Below, piece after piece: positions 20,598 through 29,684 of a stretch of DNA of 64,000 nt. The notes under the pieces are model-generated. The model was not told where the DNA came from. It saw only the letters and a program-made list of their open reading frames with translations, and searched no databases. The stretch is from Candidatus Marinacidobacterales bacterium. Its GTDB lineage: Bacteria > Acidobacteriota > Vicinamibacteria > Marinacidobacterales > SMYC01. The position numbers and the translations under genes are program-made. How positions within the stretch are numbered: the stretch's first letter is position 1; each line of letters begins with the position of its first letter. The stretch spans positions 256,001-320,000 of the forward strand of contig CBDCYI010000009.1 in NCBI GenBank assembly GCA_965224085.1, read 5' to 3'.

Positions 20598-21613
20598 CGA
20601 AGCTCCGCGGCCGCGGGAAACCGTGCGATACTCTCCGCGTGGCGCACGGCGCTCAAGATCGCGTCCGACGTCGCTTCGGCGGCGAGCGCCCCGATCATCG
20701 ATGCGCTCACGTCGCCCGACCAGCCACCGAGCGCGAGCGCGAAGATCGTATCGCCGTCCGAAAGCGTATGGGCCGGGTAGATCGCGCGCGCCAACCCATC
20801 ATGCGCCATTTGCGCGACTTTGTTCGCCTGGGTTTTCGTCAACGACGCGTTCGTGGCGACGATTCCTATCGTCGTGTTCCGACCGACGCGCGTTCGGATG
20901 AGAGCTCCGGAGCGCAGGAGCTTGCGCGCATCGGCGAGCGCTGTTCCGTCTTCGGATCGCACGCCCGCCACGACCTCGCCGGTTGCGGGGTCGATCACGT
21001 CGCCCACGGCGTTGACCGCCATGAGCGCTGCGACGATCAAGCCGTTCGGGAGCTCGATCGCAGCGGTACCAATCCCCGCCTTCATGGCGCGGGATGGCCC
21101 CGCGCTCTTGCCGACGGTCGCGCCGGCGCCAGCGCCGACATTCCCCTCGGCGATCTTCCCTGCCGTAGCCTTCTCAGCCGCCTTGTAGCCACAATCCGCG
21201 CCCGGCCGGATGTCGGGCTTGCCGCCCACGCCGAGGTCGAAGAGGATCGCGGCGGGAACGATCGGCACTTTGGCGATACCCACATCGAAGCCGATATCGC
21301 GCTCATCGAGAAAGCGAACGACGCCGGAAGCCGCGTCCAAACCGAAAGCGCTCCCGCCCGACAAGACGATCGCGTGTACGCGCTCCACGGTGTTGATCGG
21401 ATCGAGGAGATCCGTCTCGCGCGTTCCTGGCGCCGAGCCGCGCACGTCTACGCTCGCGACAGCGCCTTTCTCGGTGAGAACGACGGTACACCCCGTCGGA
21501 CGCTCTTCGAGCGTGTGCTGCCCAACACGGATGCCGTCGATCCGCGTGAGCCCAGATCCGCCCTCGCCTTGCGCAGCACCGAGCACGACAAGCAACATGC
21601 TTAGCCACATCAC
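20594..21613 (-). CDS. P1/S58 family peptidase (DmpA-like), secreted
   Basis: GSAPGTRET, SGGSAFGL, GNVGAGAGA, NTTIGIVATNA, PAHTLSDGD; signal peptide. Confidence 0.9.
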   Translation of the reverse strand: MMWLSMLLVVLGAAQGEGGSGLTRIDGIRVGQHTLEERPTGCTVVLTEKGAVASVDVRGSAPGTRETDLLDPINTVERVHAIVLSGGSAFGLDAASGVVRFLDERDIGFDVGIAKVPIVPAAILFDLGVGGKPDIRPGADCGYKAAEKATAGKIAEGNVGAGAGATVGKSAGPSRAMKAGIGTAAIELPNGLIVAALMAVNAVGDVIDPATGEVVAGVRSEDGTALADARKLLRSGALIRTRVGRNTTIGIVATNASLTKTQANKVAQMAHDGLARAIYPAHTLSDGDTIFALALGGWSGDVSASMIGALAAEATSDAILSAVRHAESIARFPAAAELR

Positions 21614-21677
21614 GTGGCGATTGTCGACGCAGGAGCCCCCGAACGCAAGCTCTACTTGTAACGTCTAGGAGGACTTG

Positions 21678-21707
21678 TCCCGCCGAAGCCCGCAGGGCGA
21701 AGGAGGA
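21678..21707. repeat. REP-like palindromic element
   Basis: TCCCGCC-GAA-GCCC-GCA-GGGC-GAA-GGAGGA nested hairpin in a divergent intergenic gap. Confidence 0.55.
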
Positions 21708-21726
21708 TGATATCGTTTCGATATCG

Positions 21727-22002
21727 ATGAAACCCGGCACGGAATCTGACAAGCTATTCGCTGAAGTCGAGAATGCGCGCGATGAAATTGTCGACTTCGC
21801 GGCCGAGCTCGTCCGCATACCCACCGTCAACCCGCCGTGCGTCGCGGACCACTGCGAAGCGATCTTCGATCGGCGCTTCTTGCGTGAAGAGGGTTTCGAC
21901 GACGCCAAGCAGGAGATCGAATCGCTCCTGATGTCCATGGGAAATGGCGGGCGCTACGAGCTCGAGGACCTCATGATCGTCGATTTGATCGGGCCCACCT
22001 AA
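21727..22002 (+). pseudogene. M20 (ArgE/DapE-like) metallopeptidase with large internal deletion
   Basis: N-terminal LVRIPTVNPP is joined directly to the dimerisation-domain motif PCVADHCEAIFDRRFLREE. Metal ligands are absent. Confidence 0.75.
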
Positions 22003-22013
22003 AGGTTCCTCGC

Positions 22014-23177
22014 GTGGAACAAGCCACCTCTCTCATCTTGATTGCATCTGCAGCGTTTTTCCTGCCGCTCATCGCCGGACACCTTCGTACACCCGCCGTG
22101 GTCTTGGAGCTTCTGTTCGGTGTTCTCGTCGGACCATTCACAGGATGGATCGAATCTTCGGAGCTTTTGGATCTGCTCGGCCAACTCGGGCTGTTCCTGC
22201 TCATGTTTCTCGCGGGGTTCGAGATCGATTTCCGCGCCATCGAGCGTCAGGGACGACGCCGGCTACTCGTCCTTCTCGCCGCCTTTATTGCAACCCTCGC
22301 GGTTGCCAACTGGTTCACGACGCGCGCCGGCTACAACGCGTTCATGACCCTCGTGCTCGCCACGACTTCCGTCGGCCTGGTCGTGCCGACGCTCAGAAGC
22401 ACGCGGCGGACGACGACACCACTCGGCCAGTACATATTAATCTCCGCGATCATGGCCGACTTCCTTACGCTCGTGCTCGTCGCGCTGTTCGCGCTCGTCG
22501 AGCGGCACGGTGTGGGAATCGAGCTCCTGCAAATGCCCGCGCTCTTTATTGCCATCATCATCGTCTTACGCACCCTGCGCCTTGCGGTCTGGTGGTACCC
22601 GGATCGTTTTCGCCGGCTCTTTTCCGCGGATGATCCCGAAGAGCTCGGCATGCGGGCGAGTCTCGCGCTGATGCTCGCCTTCGTCGGACTTTCGATGGCG
22701 CTCGAGGTCGAGCCGATCTTGGGAGCCTTTCTCGCAGGGAGCGTCTTCGCCATCGTTTTCCGGAGCCGCGGTGTGCTCGAACATCAGCTGAACGGGTTCT
22801 CCTATGGTTTTCTGATCCCGATTTTTTTCATCAATGTCGGCCTACGCTTCGAGCTCGATGTGATCCGCAATCCGGACGTGCTCGTCAAAGCGCTCGTCGT
22901 CATCGCTGCAGCCTTCGCGGTAAAGATTCTGCCGAGCCTCATTTTCTTCCTACGGGGGTTCACTGCGCGCGAGGTCCTCGCTGCTGGCGTGCTCCTATCC
23001 GCCCGGCTGAGCCTCATCATCGCCGTGGCCACCGTCGGCGTGGAGCTCGGACTTCTCTCGACGCAAGATCGCGCCATCGCCATCTTTCTGGCCGCGGTCA
23101 CGGCAACCGTGTCCCCGACCCTCTTTCGAATCTTGGCGCCCCCGCTTCCAACCAATGCACCTGAGGCGACGGCGTGA
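22014..23177 (+). CDS. Cation:proton antiporter (CPA2 family)
   Basis: LMFLAGFEID, TTSVGLVVPTL, ILGAFLAG, LIPIFFINVG; about 12 TM helices. Confidence 0.9.
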   Translation: MEQATSLILIASAAFFLPLIAGHLRTPAVVLELLFGVLVGPFTGWIESSELLDLLGQLGLFLLMFLAGFEIDFRAIERQGRRRLLVLLAAFIATLAVANWFTTRAGYNAFMTLVLATTSVGLVVPTLRSTRRTTTPLGQYILISAIMADFLTLVLVALFALVERHGVGIELLQMPALFIAIIIVLRTLRLAVWWYPDRFRRLFSADDPEELGMRASLALMLAFVGLSMALEVEPILGAFLAGSVFAIVFRSRGVLEHQLNGFSYGFLIPIFFINVGLRFELDVIRNPDVLVKALVVIAAAFAVKILPSLIFFLRGFTAREVLAAGVLLSARLSLIIAVATVGVELGLLSTQDRAIAIFLAAVTATVSPTLFRILAPPLPTNAPEATA

Positions 23178-23231
23178 CAAGTGCGTTATTATCTGGCTAC
23201 GATCGCCTCTCGGCAGATCGAAGGAGGCTCC

Positions 23232-24479
23232 ATGAACTCTCGCCGGTCCTTTCTCAAAGAAGTCGCCGCGTCTGCGGCCCTTTTGCCCATCGCTCTCGAA
23301 TCCAGTGAGGCGTCGACGCTCGCGGAAACGTCCATCGACGGCGAAGCCTATTGGCATCTCGTCCGAGCCCAGTTTTCGTTTAGCGAAAAAAAAGTCCCGA
23401 TGAACGCCGCCAATTTGTGCCCGTCCCCGCGGGCGGTGGCGGAGCGCGTCTCGGAGCTGACCGCGGATATCGACCGCGATTGCTCGTCTAACAATCGAGG
23501 AAAATTCAACGGGCTTCGCGAGGAATCGCGGAAGAAGGTCGCGAAGCAGCTCGGGGTTTCCGCGGACGAGATCGCCCTCGTGCGCAATACGAGCGAGGCC
23601 AACAACACCATCAATAACGGCCTCTCCCTCGAAGAGGGCGACGAGGTCGTGCTCTGGGACCAAAACCACCCCACGAACAACGTCGCCTGGGACGTGCGGG
23701 CGGCGCGCTTCGGGCTTACCGTGAAACGCGTGTCGACACCGAAGCACCCGAAGAGCTCCCAAGAGCTCATCGACACCTTCATCAAGGCCCTCTCAGCCAA
23801 CACAAAGGTTCTGTCGATTACGCATGTCTCGAACGTGAGCGGCATCCACCTTCCCGCTAAACAGATCGTCGAGGCGGCGCACGCCAAAGGCGTTTACGTT
23901 CATGTCGACGGCGCGCAAAGTTGGGGCGCACTCGATGTGAATCTGCGGGACATCGGTTGCGACTCCTATTCCGCTTCGGCGCATAAGTGGTTCATGGGTC
24001 CGAAAGAAGCGGGCCTGCTCTACGTCAAAGAGTCGAACATCCCGCGCATTTGGCCGAACGTGGTCGCGCCGGGCTGGGGCGACGACGTCGACCCCGACCC
24101 GACAGGCGCCCGCAAATTCGAATCGCTCGGCCAACGTGACGATGCGTGTCTCGCGGCCATCGGCACCACGGTGGATTTCCACAACGCCGTCGGCGCGGCT
24201 CAGGTCGAAGCACGCCTGATGGAGCTCGCCACGGCCCTCAAAACCGGGCTCGTCGACGCGGGGCTCATGCTCGTGACCCCCGAGGATCCGAAACTTTCGG
24301 GCGGCGTCTGCATCCTCGAAGTCGACCGCGGCAAGAGCCGCGAAGTCAAGGACCGTCTGTATGACGAGCACGGGATCGCGGGTGCCCCGACCGGTGGGCT
24401 CCGTCTGTGCCCTCACGTCTACAACACGATGGAGCATGTCGAGCGTGCCGTTCAGGGCATGAAAGCCATTCTCGCCTGA
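23232..24479 (+). CDS. Tat-exported class V PLP enzyme (cysteine desulfurase / isopenicillin N epimerase-like)
   Basis: MNSRRSFLK twin-arginine leader; RNTSEAN, THVSNVSG, VDGAQSWG, SAHKW; RBS AAGGAGG. Confidence 0.88.
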   Translation: MNSRRSFLKEVAASAALLPIALESSEASTLAETSIDGEAYWHLVRAQFSFSEKKVPMNAANLCPSPRAVAERVSELTADIDRDCSSNNRGKFNGLREESRKKVAKQLGVSADEIALVRNTSEANNTINNGLSLEEGDEVVLWDQNHPTNNVAWDVRAARFGLTVKRVSTPKHPKSSQELIDTFIKALSANTKVLSITHVSNVSGIHLPAKQIVEAAHAKGVYVHVDGAQSWGALDVNLRDIGCDSYSASAHKWFMGPKEAGLLYVKESNIPRIWPNVVAPGWGDDVDPDPTGARKFESLGQRDDACLAAIGTTVDFHNAVGAAQVEARLMELATALKTGLVDAGLMLVTPEDPKLSGGVCILEVDRGKSREVKDRLYDEHGIAGAPTGGLRLCPHVYNTMEHVERAVQGMKAILA

Positions 24480-24482
24480 CGC

Positions 24483-25307
24483 TTGAAATCCCGGTCGATG
24501 CTGCTCACCCTGTTTCTTGCGGGCTCGCTTGCGAACGCCCCTAGTGTCGATGAAATCCTCGAAAACGCGATCGAGGTTCAGCGCCTGCATGAAGAAGCCG
24601 GCAACGAGGTCAAATACGACTACGAGCTTCTGAGCGTCACCGAAAAACTCGACAAAAACGGGGACGTCAAAGTAGTCGAGGAGCATCTTTTCGAAAGCCG
24701 TCACATCGACAACGTTGCCTATGAACGCCTCGTCAAGAAGGACGGAAAGACGCTCACACAAAAAGAGCTGAAGCGCGAGGCCAAGCGCGAGCGAGACTTT
24801 CGCAAGAAGCTCGCAAAAGGCGAAGCGCGGCACAACGATGCCGAACAACGCGTCGCTTTCGATGAGGAGCTCATCGTTCGCTACGACTTTGAGCTCGACG
24901 ACGTCCGCGATGTCTCTGGTCGCAAGACCTACGTCTTGTCCTATAGGCCCAAGCCCGGAAAGCTCCCAGAGAAAAAGCGCATGGATCGCTTACTCAATAA
25001 AACCACGGGCTCTCTTTGGATCGACGCGGAGACGTTCCAGATCGCGCAGGTCGAGTTCGAGCTCACGGATCGCGTCAGGCTCTGGTGGGGCATGCTCGGA
25101 TCGATCTCTAAGATGAAGGGAACCTTCATGCGCCATCCGGTGAGCGAGGGCATTTGGCTCCCCGAGCGCGCCAATTTCTACCTTCAGGGCCGCGTCTTGT
25201 TTCGCTCGTTGCACGTACGTGAGAAGGTCGTCTGGAGCGATTTCGAGAGGCGACGACCCAAAGTCGCGGAGAACCCTTCGTCGAAGAACCCGGAGAGCCC
25301 AAGATGA
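24483..25307 (+). CDS. Hypothetical secreted protein
   Basis: 274-aa ORF with signal peptide and host-like codon use. GSLWIDAETFQIAQVEF is LolA-like. Stop overlaps the next ATG. Confidence 0.7.
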   Translation: MKSRSMLLTLFLAGSLANAPSVDEILENAIEVQRLHEEAGNEVKYDYELLSVTEKLDKNGDVKVVEEHLFESRHIDNVAYERLVKKDGKTLTQKELKREAKRERDFRKKLAKGEARHNDAEQRVAFDEELIVRYDFELDDVRDVSGRKTYVLSYRPKPGKLPEKKRMDRLLNKTTGSLWIDAETFQIAQVEFELTDRVRLWWGMLGSISKMKGTFMRHPVSEGIWLPERANFYLQGRVLFRSLHVREKVVWSDFERRRPKVAENPSSKNPESPR

Positions 25308-25747
25308 TCCAAGTCGGTCAACTCGCCCCGCCCTTTGCAGTGCAAAACGATCTAGGCGAGACCGTGCGCCTGAGCGACTACAAGGGCAAGAACGTCATCC
25401 TCTGGTTCTACCCCAAGGCTGACACCCCTGGGTGAACGCGCGAAGGTTGCGGGTTCCGCGACAACAACCAGCAGTTCAACGACAGGAACGTCTATGTCCT
25501 CGGCGTTAGCTTCGATACGGTGGACGAGAACCGGGCGTTCGTGGAGAAGTTCAGTTTCAACTTTCCGCTTCTCTGCGATACGAACCGCGCGATCGGTTTG
25601 GCCTATGGAGCTTGCGACGACAAGAGCGCGTCTCATGCAAAGCGGGTCAGCTACTTGATCGGCGCGGATGGAAACGTGCGGAAGGCCTATCCACAAGTCG
25701 ACGCTGGCGCCCATCCCGACGAGATTCTAGCGGACCTCGACGCGTAG
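25304..25747 (+). CDS. bcp: BCP/PrxQ peroxiredoxin, probable selenoprotein (in-frame TGA at codon 44)
   Basis: MIQVGQLAPPF...WFYPKADTPG*TREGCGFRD...NFPLLCD...RVSYLIGADG. The TGA at 25433-25435 occupies the peroxidatic Cys of FYPKxxTPGC, and the frame continues to TAG. Confidence 0.88.
25445..25462 (+). promoter_or_regulatory. Putative bacterial SECIS hairpin
   Basis: GUUGCGG-GUU-CCGCGAC stem-loop starts ~10 nt after the UGA and resembles the E. coli fdhF SECIS upper stem. Confidence 0.65.
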
Positions 25748-25927
25748 GGCTCTTCTCCCCTTCTGTGGGCTTCGCCCCACTATGGGCGCCGAGGTGCACT
25801 CCTTAAGTGGCGTGTCCACCTGACGATAGCGCATTCACGCGGTCCGGTATCATCTTTGCATGACCCTCCCAAAAAGACCTGGCGCACTCCCCCTCCGTGC
25901 TCGTCGGTCTCACCTCGGAGGTTTTCC

Positions 25928-26407
25928 ATGGCCCGCACCCTCTGCGTCGCCCTATGTTCGATCCTCGCCGTCGCGGCTATCGCTCTCGCTGATGACACGG
26001 AGAATGAGAACCAGCGGCAGACCCGCCCGCTCGAGCCTAGCGAAAGCGACCTCGAGTCCTTCCGTCTGACTTCGCCCGAAAGCGACCTCATCATCGACGA
26101 CGGGCACTCGGCGTTCTTTCGCGCGAGCGGTGTCGGGATGTTCGCCGCGTCCGCAGCCGATATCGCCACGACGGAGTGGGGGCTTTCGCAAGGTCTTCAC
26201 GAGGCGAATCCCGCCGCGTCGCAGCGTGGCCTCCGCCTCGCGACCCACGTGGTGGGTCCCGCGGTCGTGTACTGGGCGAGCGATCGTCTCGCGCGCAAGG
26301 GAAGGCCGAAGCTCGCGCTAGGGCTACGGATCGGCTTGATGGTGGCTTATAGCTACGCCGCTATACATAATGCGCGCCTCATTCAAGCAAGCCCGGGCAT
26401 TCCGTAG
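25928..26407 (+). CDS. Hypothetical exported/membrane protein
   Basis: RBS GGAGG, signal peptide, ADIATT...LHEANP motif, hydrophobic C-terminus. Confidence 0.6.
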   Translation: MARTLCVALCSILAVAAIALADDTENENQRQTRPLEPSESDLESFRLTSPESDLIIDDGHSAFFRASGVGMFAASAADIATTEWGLSQGLHEANPAASQRGLRLATHVVGPAVVYWASDRLARKGRPKLALGLRIGLMVAYSYAAIHNARLIQASPGIP

Positions 26408-26415
26408 ACAATCCC

Positions 26416-28605
26416 TCAGAACTCTCCCACGACGGCAATCACAGCGTTGATACCCGGCGCAAGAACGGCGCGCATATCGGGGCTCACCGGATAGGTTGTA
26501 TCGAAGAGGTTTTTGACCGTACCCCGCAGCTCCACGTTCGGCGAGAGGCGCCAACCCGCCCCGAGGTCCACCGTCGTGAAGCTCGGCGTCACCATCTCCG
26601 TCGGCCCGGGCCGCTCGTCACGCGCGAAGACGGCCACCCGCACTTGAGCATAGCCTCGGCTATTCGCAAGGTTACGACGGAGGTCGAATTTCACGTTTAC
26701 ACCGGGGATGTCATCGATGGGCGCGGCGTCATCACGGGTGTTTCCGTGAGACCAGTGGGTCGCCACTTCCAAGTTGTAACGCCCATCCAAAAACTCGGCC
26801 TGCACTTCGGCTTCGAGCCCGCGGATGTCAGCCTCACCCCGATTTCGGAAAAAAAAGAAATCACGCCGCTCCTCGAATCGCTCCACGAGATCCGAGAGGC
26901 GATAGAAATAGCCGAAGACGGCCCAGCGGACAGGTCCTCGACCGTAGCGAAGCGATACGTCGAATTGATTGGCATGTTCGGGTCCGAGGTCCGGGTTTCC
27001 CGTGATGAAGCCGCGCCCGGTGATGCCGCGAAAATATCGGTCCGAAAGCGTCGGGTCACGAAAGCCGCGCGCGAGCTGGCCCGTCAAGCTCAGTCCCCTC
27101 GCGAGCTCGACTTTGAGGGAACCGTAGCCAGAAAGCGCCGTGTTCTCAGTCGATTGGTCGTTGAAGAAGCCGCCTTCGTTCGCCGTGGTCACGCGGTCGA
27201 CGCGCGCGCCGGCCCCGAGAGACCATCGGGAGCCGAACAGCATTTCGGTACTCGTATAGACGGCGTTGTTCAAGCGGCGCGCGTTGTCGACCGCGACCTC
27301 TTCGACTTGCCGCACGATGTGGTCATGACGGTCGAACACGGTGAGCGAGCTCCGAGCTTCGAGCCCGTACCGGCCGTAGATGTCGACGCCTACCTCCCAG
27401 CGTGCGCGGCCGAGGGGCCGCACGGCAAAGCCGCGAAAGCTGAAATCCTTCGCGCTAACATCCGCGAGACTCTCGCTGTCAGGCTCCCCTGCACTCGCCA
27501 TCATCAGGCGCTCCGTGACGAGCCGATAGTTTCCCCAGAATCCTTGAAACCCCAACCGTGTGAACCCGGCTTTGGGATCGAGATCATAGGACATCGTCAA
27601 TCGGTTCGAGCGCTCGTTGGGATAAGACGTTTGAAAAGCTTCGCCGCGCGAGTCCGGACGTCCCGTATCGCGGCCGAGATTGGTTTGCCATCCGATCGCG
27701 AAATCGCCGGGCCCGACACGATGCGCGAAACGGCCTAGAAAACCTTTATCGGTGGCTCGAGAATTGAAGACAGTCCCTTCAGGGCTTCGATATTCCTCGA
27801 AGTTGCGGTAGCGCGCCTGCACGACGAAACCCCCGTCGTCGAGGCCCTGCGTCAGCTCCACGCCGGCGGTCGCTTCGGGCAATCCGGCACCGAGCGCTCC
27901 GCGAATCCGAACGGTCGTTGGGGTGCCTGGCGCAACCCGCCGTGTGCGAGCATGGATCACGCCGCCGAACGCATCTGAGCCATAGGCGACCGATCCCGGC
28001 CCGCGCGAGACCTCGACCCCTTCGAGGAAAAACGGGTCGATGAACGTTGCGCTCGGTCCCGCCCGCCGCTCGGTCGTGACGCGCGCACCGTCAAGAAGAA
28101 GGAGCGTCCGACCTCGCGCCAAGCCTCGGAGCGATGGGACCGAAGCGTGCAAGTCCGAGAGACTTCCCGCCCCCGGAACGTTCTGGATGACGTCGGTCAA
28201 GCGGGGCGAGTGCCGTTGTTGAATGGTCTCTTCGGGAATCGACGCCGTGGCACTCCCGGGAGGCGCTTCGATGTTTGGCGCGGCTCCGCCCGCCACCATG
28301 ACCGATTCGGACACGAGCGGCTCGACGACGACGACGAGGGGCCCATCGGTAGGCAGAGCCTCGATGAAGACGGGCGACATGTACGATCCGGCTGGGAGCA
28401 CGATAAGAACGTAAAACGGTGGAGACGGGTCTGGCGTCCACTCGAAACGCCCATCCCGATCGGTGCGGGCCACCCCGGTATGATCCAACAAAGATACAGA
28501 AGCGCCTATGATCGGCGTCCCGTCCGGATCCACAACACGCCCCTCGAGCGCAAAGCTCGGGCAAGCCGCCGCGAGAAAGAAAAAAAGGAGGGAGCGAAAA
28601 GGCAT
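26416..28605 (-). CDS. TonB-dependent receptor
   Basis: Signal peptide, N-terminal carboxypeptidase-regulatory-like domain, VEVSRGPGSVAYGSDAFGGVI plug motif, VKNLFD, terminal Phe. Confidence 0.92.
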   Translation of the reverse strand: MPFRSLLFFFLAAACPSFALEGRVVDPDGTPIIGASVSLLDHTGVARTDRDGRFEWTPDPSPPFYVLIVLPAGSYMSPVFIEALPTDGPLVVVVEPLVSESVMVAGGAAPNIEAPPGSATASIPEETIQQRHSPRLTDVIQNVPGAGSLSDLHASVPSLRGLARGRTLLLLDGARVTTERRAGPSATFIDPFFLEGVEVSRGPGSVAYGSDAFGGVIHARTRRVAPGTPTTVRIRGALGAGLPEATAGVELTQGLDDGGFVVQARYRNFEEYRSPEGTVFNSRATDKGFLGRFAHRVGPGDFAIGWQTNLGRDTGRPDSRGEAFQTSYPNERSNRLTMSYDLDPKAGFTRLGFQGFWGNYRLVTERLMMASAGEPDSESLADVSAKDFSFRGFAVRPLGRARWEVGVDIYGRYGLEARSSLTVFDRHDHIVRQVEEVAVDNARRLNNAVYTSTEMLFGSRWSLGAGARVDRVTTANEGGFFNDQSTENTALSGYGSLKVELARGLSLTGQLARGFRDPTLSDRYFRGITGRGFITGNPDLGPEHANQFDVSLRYGRGPVRWAVFGYFYRLSDLVERFEERRDFFFFRNRGEADIRGLEAEVQAEFLDGRYNLEVATHWSHGNTRDDAAPIDDIPGVNVKFDLRRNLANSRGYAQVRVAVFARDERPGPTEMVTPSFTTVDLGAGWRLSPNVELRGTVKNLFDTTYPVSPDMRAVLAPGINAVIAVVGEF

Positions 28606-28765
28606 GAAAGTAAAGTGTAGCCCGTGGCGGTCGGTGCGGCAAGAAAAGCGCACGAGCCGCACGTTTTTTTGCTCCTATGCCCTTGACAATGCAGGACAAA
28701 TGCCGTTTGATCGAAGTGTCCGCTTCGCCGTTGCACTTGCTTGAACCGCACAGACAGGAGTGTAG

Positions 28766-29014
28766 ATGCCGCGTAACGTGGCCGTCGAAGACTTGTTGAA
28801 AGAACTGAAGTCTTTCGCCGCTCGAAAGGTCTTTCGAATAGAAGAAGTCTACGCGTACCTGACGGAAACTCCGTTGCTCCCAGCCGCGCTCGGCTATACT
28901 AAACACATCCACAAAGATGAGGACCCATTAGTTGCTGGAGTTCCCGCCGAGGGACCCTCATTTCGTGGCAATGAGGGAGAGCTTTGTTGGGTCCCACGCG
29001 GCGCGCCAGCCTAG
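28766..29014 (+). pseudogene. Short ORF, possibly an N-terminal remnant of a cysteine-dioxygenase-like protein
   Basis: RBS AGGAG; first ~40 aa look protein-like (VEDLLKELKSF...VYAYLTETPL); the rest runs into a structured non-coding element. Family call is weak. Confidence 0.3.
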
Positions 29015-29074
29015 CTTTTGACCCCATTTACAGGGAGCCCGTGACGATCGGCAGCTAAGGAGCGGAAGAAAACT

Positions 29075-29684
29075 TTGGTCGAAATCAATCACAGAGAACG
29101 CTTCTTACGCGCCAAGATCTTGTATTACGGTCCGGCCGCGGGGGGCAAGACGACCACGCTCCAGACGCTCCACCGCCTCGCCCGGGGCAACTGCCGTCAA
29201 GAGCTCGTCTCGGTGAACACGGCTCAGGACCGAACGATCTTTCCCCACGCCAATCGTCGAGCTTCTCTCGCGCCTCGAGCAAGAGCTCGGGCCCGGCCTG
29301 ACGGAACAGGGAATTCGCTTCATCGTCGAGATCAAGCCTGGCGTGCATCCCGTTTTTGCGGAGCCCTTTCTTCTGCGCGGGCTCGTCTATACGCTCATCG
29401 AGAACTCCCGGCGACGTCTCGCGGGCGCGGGCGGGGGCGTCATTCGCATCCTCGTCCAACCCGACACCCACGGCATCCGGATCTCGATCTTCGACAACCT
29501 CATCGCCGTCTCGAACGCGCTCTCCGCACCGGCACGATTCCTCGACTGGCCGCTCGAGCGACGCTTGACCGACGTGACCCACGAGCTCATGCAGAGCGTC
29601 GTGGAGTATTTTCAGGGCCGCTGGTCACAGGAAACGCGCGAGGCGGTGGGCACGGTACGAACGATCATTCTCCCGACGCCTTAG
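29075..29684 (+). pseudogene. MglA-like GTPase N-terminus joined out of frame to a degenerate HATPase-like C-terminus
   Basis: AKILYYGPAAGGKTTTL...NTAQDRTIF, then after ~29240 another frame reads LEQELGPGL...LLRGLVYTLIENS...IRISIFDN...GTVRTIILP. Confidence 0.7.

Noticed and set aside
28683-28711. TTGACA-N17-TTTGAT promoter upstream of the 28766 ORF
   Set aside because: The -10 match is poor and the downstream gene is a remnant.
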